Part shown: piece after piece, positions 60,345 through 64,000 of the stretch
How positions within the stretch are numbered: the stretch's first letter is position 1
Layout: the number at the start of each line of letters is the position of its first letter
Origin: a virus
Length of the DNA stretch: 64,000 bases
IMG/VR virus record: IMGVR_UViG_3300045988_154040
Direction: 5' to 3' (one strand)
Position numbers and translations under genes: made by a program
Notes under the pieces: generated by a model
Database searches by the model: none
Seen by the model: only the letters and a program-made list of their open reading frames with translations
What the model was told of the DNA's origin: nothing

Positions 60345-60381
60345 AACGCTGGGAGAAGTTATTTTCTTCCAGCGTTTTTTT
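60345..60381 (+). terminator. intrinsic terminator after the capsid candidate
   Basis: AACGCTGGGAG (60345-60355) pairs with CTTCCAGCGTT (60366-60376), followed by TTTTT. Confidence 0.65.
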
Positions 60382-60407
60382 AATTTGAAAGAAAGGAATA
60401 AAAGGAT

Positions 60408-61109
60408 ATGGCAAAAACAAGTACAAGTACATCTGCAACAAAAACTACTACTGTTAAGAAAACAGGAACTTCTATTGAGCCTACAGAAGTAGAAGTAAAT
60501 GAAATGGAGGAAAATATGGAAAGTAAAACAGTTCCATCTAACGATGCAATTTTAAGAGAAGAATATGAGAAGCTTTTAGCACAGGTGCAACAGCTTACTC
60601 AGTTAGTGAATACAAACATGACCCATACTGAATCAGCTCCCTATACAAATTCAATGGAAAAAGAAGTTGTTGTAGTGAATATGTGTATGGGAGAATTAAA
60701 TTTAGCTACAGAAGGAAATGGTAAGGGAACCATTTATAATTTTAAGCATTTTAATCAGGCTTTAGATATTCCTTTTGGAGATTTAAAGGATATTGTAAGA
60801 AATAATGCTCGTTTTGTAGATGAAGGATATTTCTATATTGCGGATGCAGAAGCCGTTAAGAGATTAAGAAAGGCTTATAATTACAAGAAAATTTTGGAGC
60901 CAGCTACAATAGCTAATATTTTTGATTATGATTCTAGCACTATTGTTTCTATGTATAAGGACGCACCCAGAGGACAGCAGGAGCTTATTGTTCAGATGAT
61001 TCGGGATAAGAGATTAAATGCTGAAAAAGTGGATGCTAATGTTATGATGGAATTAGGAGAATTAACAGGAATTGATTTTCTGGGAATGGAACCTATAGCT
61101 CATAACTAA
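60408..61109 (+). CDS. hypothetical protein
   Basis: 233 aa with a Thr/Ser-rich N-terminus. Confidence 0.45.
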   Translation: MAKTSTSTSATKTTTVKKTGTSIEPTEVEVNEMEENMESKTVPSNDAILREEYEKLLAQVQQLTQLVNTNMTHTESAPYTNSMEKEVVVVNMCMGELNLATEGNGKGTIYNFKHFNQALDIPFGDLKDIVRNNARFVDEGYFYIADAEAVKRLRKAYNYKKILEPATIANIFDYDSSTIVSMYKDAPRGQQELIVQMIRDKRLNAEKVDANVMMELGELTGIDFLGMEPIAHN

Positions 61110-61133
61110 TTAAAAAATAGGAGGTATACTTTT

Positions 61134-61583
61134 ATGGCAACTTCCTTTGATGTGATAAAAGATTCTGCTCTTATTATTATCAGAGATTACAAATTGGATA
61201 AATTATATCAGACTAATCAAGAGAAGTTTCAAGAGTATACTGACGGTATCTTGATTAGAGCGATACCAAAATTTATTGAATGCGTCCACCCTTTGGATTA
61301 TAATATAGCTAACAGAGAATTTATAGGAGATTTAACCATACACGAACAAAGCATTTTGGCTGATTGGTTTGTGTATATATGGTTAGAAACTAAAATAAAT
61401 GATGTAACACAATTTCAACTTCATCTTACTAATACAGATTTTAAACATTACGCAGAAGCTAATAACTTACAACAAAAGTCTGAATATTTAGACAGAATAA
61501 GAGAAAAGATTAAACAGGATTCAGTTGATTATCAAGTTTTATATGTAAATCGACTTGAATACTTTAAGGAAATGGTTTATTAA
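61134..61583 (+). CDS. hypothetical head-completion / connector-region protein
   Basis: 149 aa. SD TAGGAGGT. The call rests on position only. Confidence 0.4.
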   Translation: MATSFDVIKDSALIIIRDYKLDKLYQTNQEKFQEYTDGILIRAIPKFIECVHPLDYNIANREFIGDLTIHEQSILADWFVYIWLETKINDVTQFQLHLTNTDFKHYAEANNLQQKSEYLDRIREKIKQDSVDYQVLYVNRLEYFKEMVY

Positions 61584-61825
61584 TGGACAGAAAATCTATT
61601 ATAAACAAAATATTTAAAACCCTATATATTTATGAAGATTCTGTAGAGAAATATTCTAAGTATATAGGGAAGTTATTAGTGTTTTTATCTGGATTAGAAA
61701 ATGATGAAATTGATAAGGAAGCAATAACCATGGTAAAGGGATTGAAAGCTTTAGGAACAGAAGTTGACCACGATATGGTTAAATCTACTGTTTTTAAAGT
61801 AATCAATATGGTTAAGCTAAAATAA
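61583..61825 (+). CDS. hypothetical protein
   Basis: 80 aa. ATG overlaps the upstream stop. Confidence 0.4.
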   Translation: MDRKSIINKIFKTLYIYEDSVEKYSKYIGKLLVFLSGLENDEIDKEAITMVKGLKALGTEVDHDMVKSTVFKVINMVKLK

Positions 61826-61835
61826 AAAGGGGGAT

Positions 61836-63113
61836 ATGGTTATGGCTTTGAAATATTATGTAGATTACATTGACAATTTGGCTATGTCTCCTGATAATGA
61901 ATACAGAAGTAGTATGCAAGCATTGGTAGATGCTCAATGGGGTAATACCACTACAAGATATACTATTCAAGAAGAAACAAATATAGGAACTTCTGTTTAT
62001 GAAGATATTGAAGTTTATATCAATCATGTAATTAATGAATCTTCTACAGGTCGTAAAAATGGTGATGATTTCAGAAAACTTATTTTTAAAGAAATTATTC
62101 AGAGTGGACAAAAGTCATTTAGAAATGCAAGAGGTCATATGTACAAATTTGATAATAACTATTGGATTACTACATTTACAGATAACTATAATGGGGATTC
62201 TGTTTCTGTAGTAGTACGTAGGTGTAATAATATAGCTAAATATATAGATAAAGAAACAGGAGATATTATAGAAGTTCCGTGTGTATTGGATTATACTGCT
62301 ACTTCTCCCTCTCCTAAATACAGTGAAGATATAGTTACTCCTGACAATCATGTTGTTCTTATTGTACAAGGAAATAATAATACAAAATGGTGGAAACAGA
62401 ATCAAAGGTTTATTTTTAATGGTAGACCTTTTAAGATTACGGGTTTTAACAATTATTTACAAAATAATTATGTAACCCAAAATACTACAATACTATATTT
62501 TGATTTATACCTTGATGAAATTCAGCCGGGGGATGATATTGAAAATAGTGTAGCTAATCGTTATGATTATGTTTATTCTGTAAATATTTTACAGGGTAAT
62601 TTTAGTGCTATGAAAGGTGATTCAGGCACATTAACAGCCGAAGTAAGATTGAATAATGAGGTAGTTAATCGACCTATCATATGGAATTGTATACCTCCTA
62701 CGGGAGCCAATATTGATTCCGAGGGTAATTACACTATACTGGGTAATCCTGGAACAGAAATGCAATTTACAGCCAGTATAAGTCAGTACGAACAAGTACT
62801 AGGTAGTGTAACATGTCAAGTGGTGGAATCCTTGCCTAAGATTAAGAAGCTTGTAATCGACCCTGTACTTGCTTCTATACCACAGGGGCAGAGCAAAACT
62901 TTCAGTGTAAATCTTTATATTGATGGTATTAAACAAACAGATATTGTAGATTATTCAATTAAGGGATTGGCTTCAAGTTATTATGACTTGAAAAGAAACG
63001 GCAATAATTTTACTGTTTCCGCTTTAAGAGCGTCTACAATTCCATTGATTTTCACTTTTTCTATTGGCGACATAAGTGAAACATTGGAAATTAAGTTAAA
63101 ATCGGCATTCTAA
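61836..63113 (+). CDS. hypothetical structural protein with C-terminal Ig-like (Big_2-like) repeats
   Basis: 425 aa. The C-terminal ~170 aa show two Ig-like modules (..GDSGTLTAEVRLNNEVV.. and ..IPQGQSKTFSVNLYIDG..). Confidence 0.4.
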   Translation: MVMALKYYVDYIDNLAMSPDNEYRSSMQALVDAQWGNTTTRYTIQEETNIGTSVYEDIEVYINHVINESSTGRKNGDDFRKLIFKEIIQSGQKSFRNARGHMYKFDNNYWITTFTDNYNGDSVSVVVRRCNNIAKYIDKETGDIIEVPCVLDYTATSPSPKYSEDIVTPDNHVVLIVQGNNNTKWWKQNQRFIFNGRPFKITGFNNYLQNNYVTQNTTILYFDLYLDEIQPGDDIENSVANRYDYVYSVNILQGNFSAMKGDSGTLTAEVRLNNEVVNRPIIWNCIPPTGANIDSEGNYTILGNPGTEMQFTASISQYEQVLGSVTCQVVESLPKIKKLVIDPVLASIPQGQSKTFSVNLYIDGIKQTDIVDYSIKGLASSYYDLKRNGNNFTVSALRASTIPLIFTFSIGDISETLEIKLKSAF

Positions 63114-63124
63114 GGAGGGACGTT

Positions 63125-63694
63125 ATGTTTAACAATTTTGCAATGTTGCCATCCGTCCCTTATAACATTATAATGACGTTGGCACAAAATAATGAAAATA
63201 TCTTTAAAATGCTAAAGTATAATACTTATGATTGTTTATCCCAGCCTAATTTAACATTTGAAGAAAAAATGGAAATGATTTATAAAAATCAAGACCAGCA
63301 ACAAGACTATAGGATTTTTCTTAATCCTTTAGTTGAGAATATGCAATATGATGCTACTACAATTTTAAAATGTTTTCGCTATGATAATTGGCCTAAAAAT
63401 CATTTGATTGCTGTAGTGGTATATGAGTTTGACATTCTTTTTGGTGATAAGATAGCCATGGTAGAATACAATGGAATCCCTTGTAATAGAGCAGACGTTA
63501 TGGAAATGGAAATAATGAAAACTCTTAATGGGGCTGATATTGGTGGTATTGGACAATTTCAGTTTAATGCTGATTTATCTCAGTATTGTCGTTCAAGAAT
63601 GGCTTTAAATAACACAAGAAATTATAACGGATGTACTATTTTTATGGCAGTACAAATTGGTTCTATAGGTGAAAGTGGGTGTTTTAATGTTTGA
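63125..63694 (+). CDS. hypothetical protein
   Basis: 189 aa. SD AAGGAGGGA. Confidence 0.45.
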   Translation: MFNNFAMLPSVPYNIIMTLAQNNENIFKMLKYNTYDCLSQPNLTFEEKMEMIYKNQDQQQDYRIFLNPLVENMQYDATTILKCFRYDNWPKNHLIAVVVYEFDILFGDKIAMVEYNGIPCNRADVMEMEIMKTLNGADIGGIGQFQFNADLSQYCRSRMALNNTRNYNGCTIFMAVQIGSIGESGCFNV

Positions 63695-64000
63695 TATAAG
63701 TCCTTATCAGAATTATATTGAAATTGATTCACCCATTCCTTATGCAACTAGAAAAAAAGAAACTATAATGTTATATCCTGTTTTCACAAAAGATGCTAAT
63801 AAATTTGTTCCTTCTTATGATATTTTAAGAATTGATAAGAATAAAATTGGAGATATTAATATTATCCAAAGTTCTTATTTGCAATTTTTATTACAGGTTG
63901 TTTTGTACGATGATTTATTTGGGGGAGCAGATGGGGTTAAAGCACCTCATACAATTTTTTATTGGAAATTTATACGAATTTTGGAACTATGTTTTCAATT
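63687..64000 (+). CDS. hypothetical protein, N-terminal part only (runs off window end)
   Basis: ATG at 63687 overlaps the upstream stop region. The frame is open to the window end (MFDISPYQNYIEIDSPIPYATRKKE...). Confidence 0.45.
   Translation, partial: MFDISPYQNYIEIDSPIPYATRKKETIMLYPVFTKDANKFVPSYDILRIDKNKIGDINIIQSSYLQFLLQVVLYDDLFGGADGVKAPHTIFYWKFIRILELCFQ

Noticed and set aside
61812-62405. Minus-strand ORFs 61812..62111 and 62115..62405. Also 59524..59712(-), 59996..60208(+), 63365..63556(-), 48240..48497(-), 51973..52188(-) and 53570..53839(-).
   Set aside because: They overlap longer, SD-preceded plus-strand genes in a tightly packed late operon, and no independent signals are present.
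1-64000. tRNA, rRNA, tmRNA, a CRISPR array, or a reverse transcriptase (DGR or retron).
   Set aside because: I saw no cloverleaf-like GC-rich 70-90-nt segment with a TPsiC-type GGTTCGAATCC motif, no rRNA-like sequence, no repeat-spacer array, and no YxDD-containing ORF. A tRNAscan or Infernal run would be needed to exclude tRNAs formally.

Overview
This is an AT-rich segment of a large tailed-phage or prophage genome of the low-GC Firmicute type. Its gene content resembles SPbeta-like phages. All product calls come from motifs read by eye in the ORF translations; no database search was run.

Layout:
- 1-43.65 kb is one long minus-strand block of replication, recombination and accessory genes. 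It holds a RecD-like helicase, two sigma-70-family factors, a three-exon DnaE-type Pol III alpha, a RecJ-like DHH nuclease, OB-fold/SSB-like proteins, a SprT-like protease, a DnaG-like primase, an intein-containing DnaB-like helicase, a Sak4/AAA_24-like ATPase, a SleB-like hydrolase, a tyrosine recombinase, a ThyX-like protein, a dNMP-kinase-like protein and many small ORFs. At least 14 near-consensus host sigmaA-type promoters (TTGACA-17-TATAAT, most with an extended -10 TG) punctuate it.
- 43.65-44.47 kb is a nearly G/C-free divergent intergenic region built around a ~230-bp imperfect palindrome.
- 44.47-64 kb is a plus-strand block. It holds a three-exon single-subunit YonO-like RNA polymerase, two HU-like genes, a three-exon large terminase, and probable portal, protease/scaffold, capsid and head-completion genes.

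Main observations:
- Six group I-type introns (three still carry HNH, GIY-YIG or remnant homing-endonuclease ORFs) and one LAGLIDADG intein interrupt four essential enzymes. Where a junction can be placed, it lies inside or next to a catalytic motif.
- An ORF-poor, transcriptionally insulated island at 32.7-35.6 kb contains a ~150-nt C-free tract followed by a ~200-nt G-free tract on the same strand. I cannot explain it.

No tRNA, rRNA or CRISPR array was recognised.
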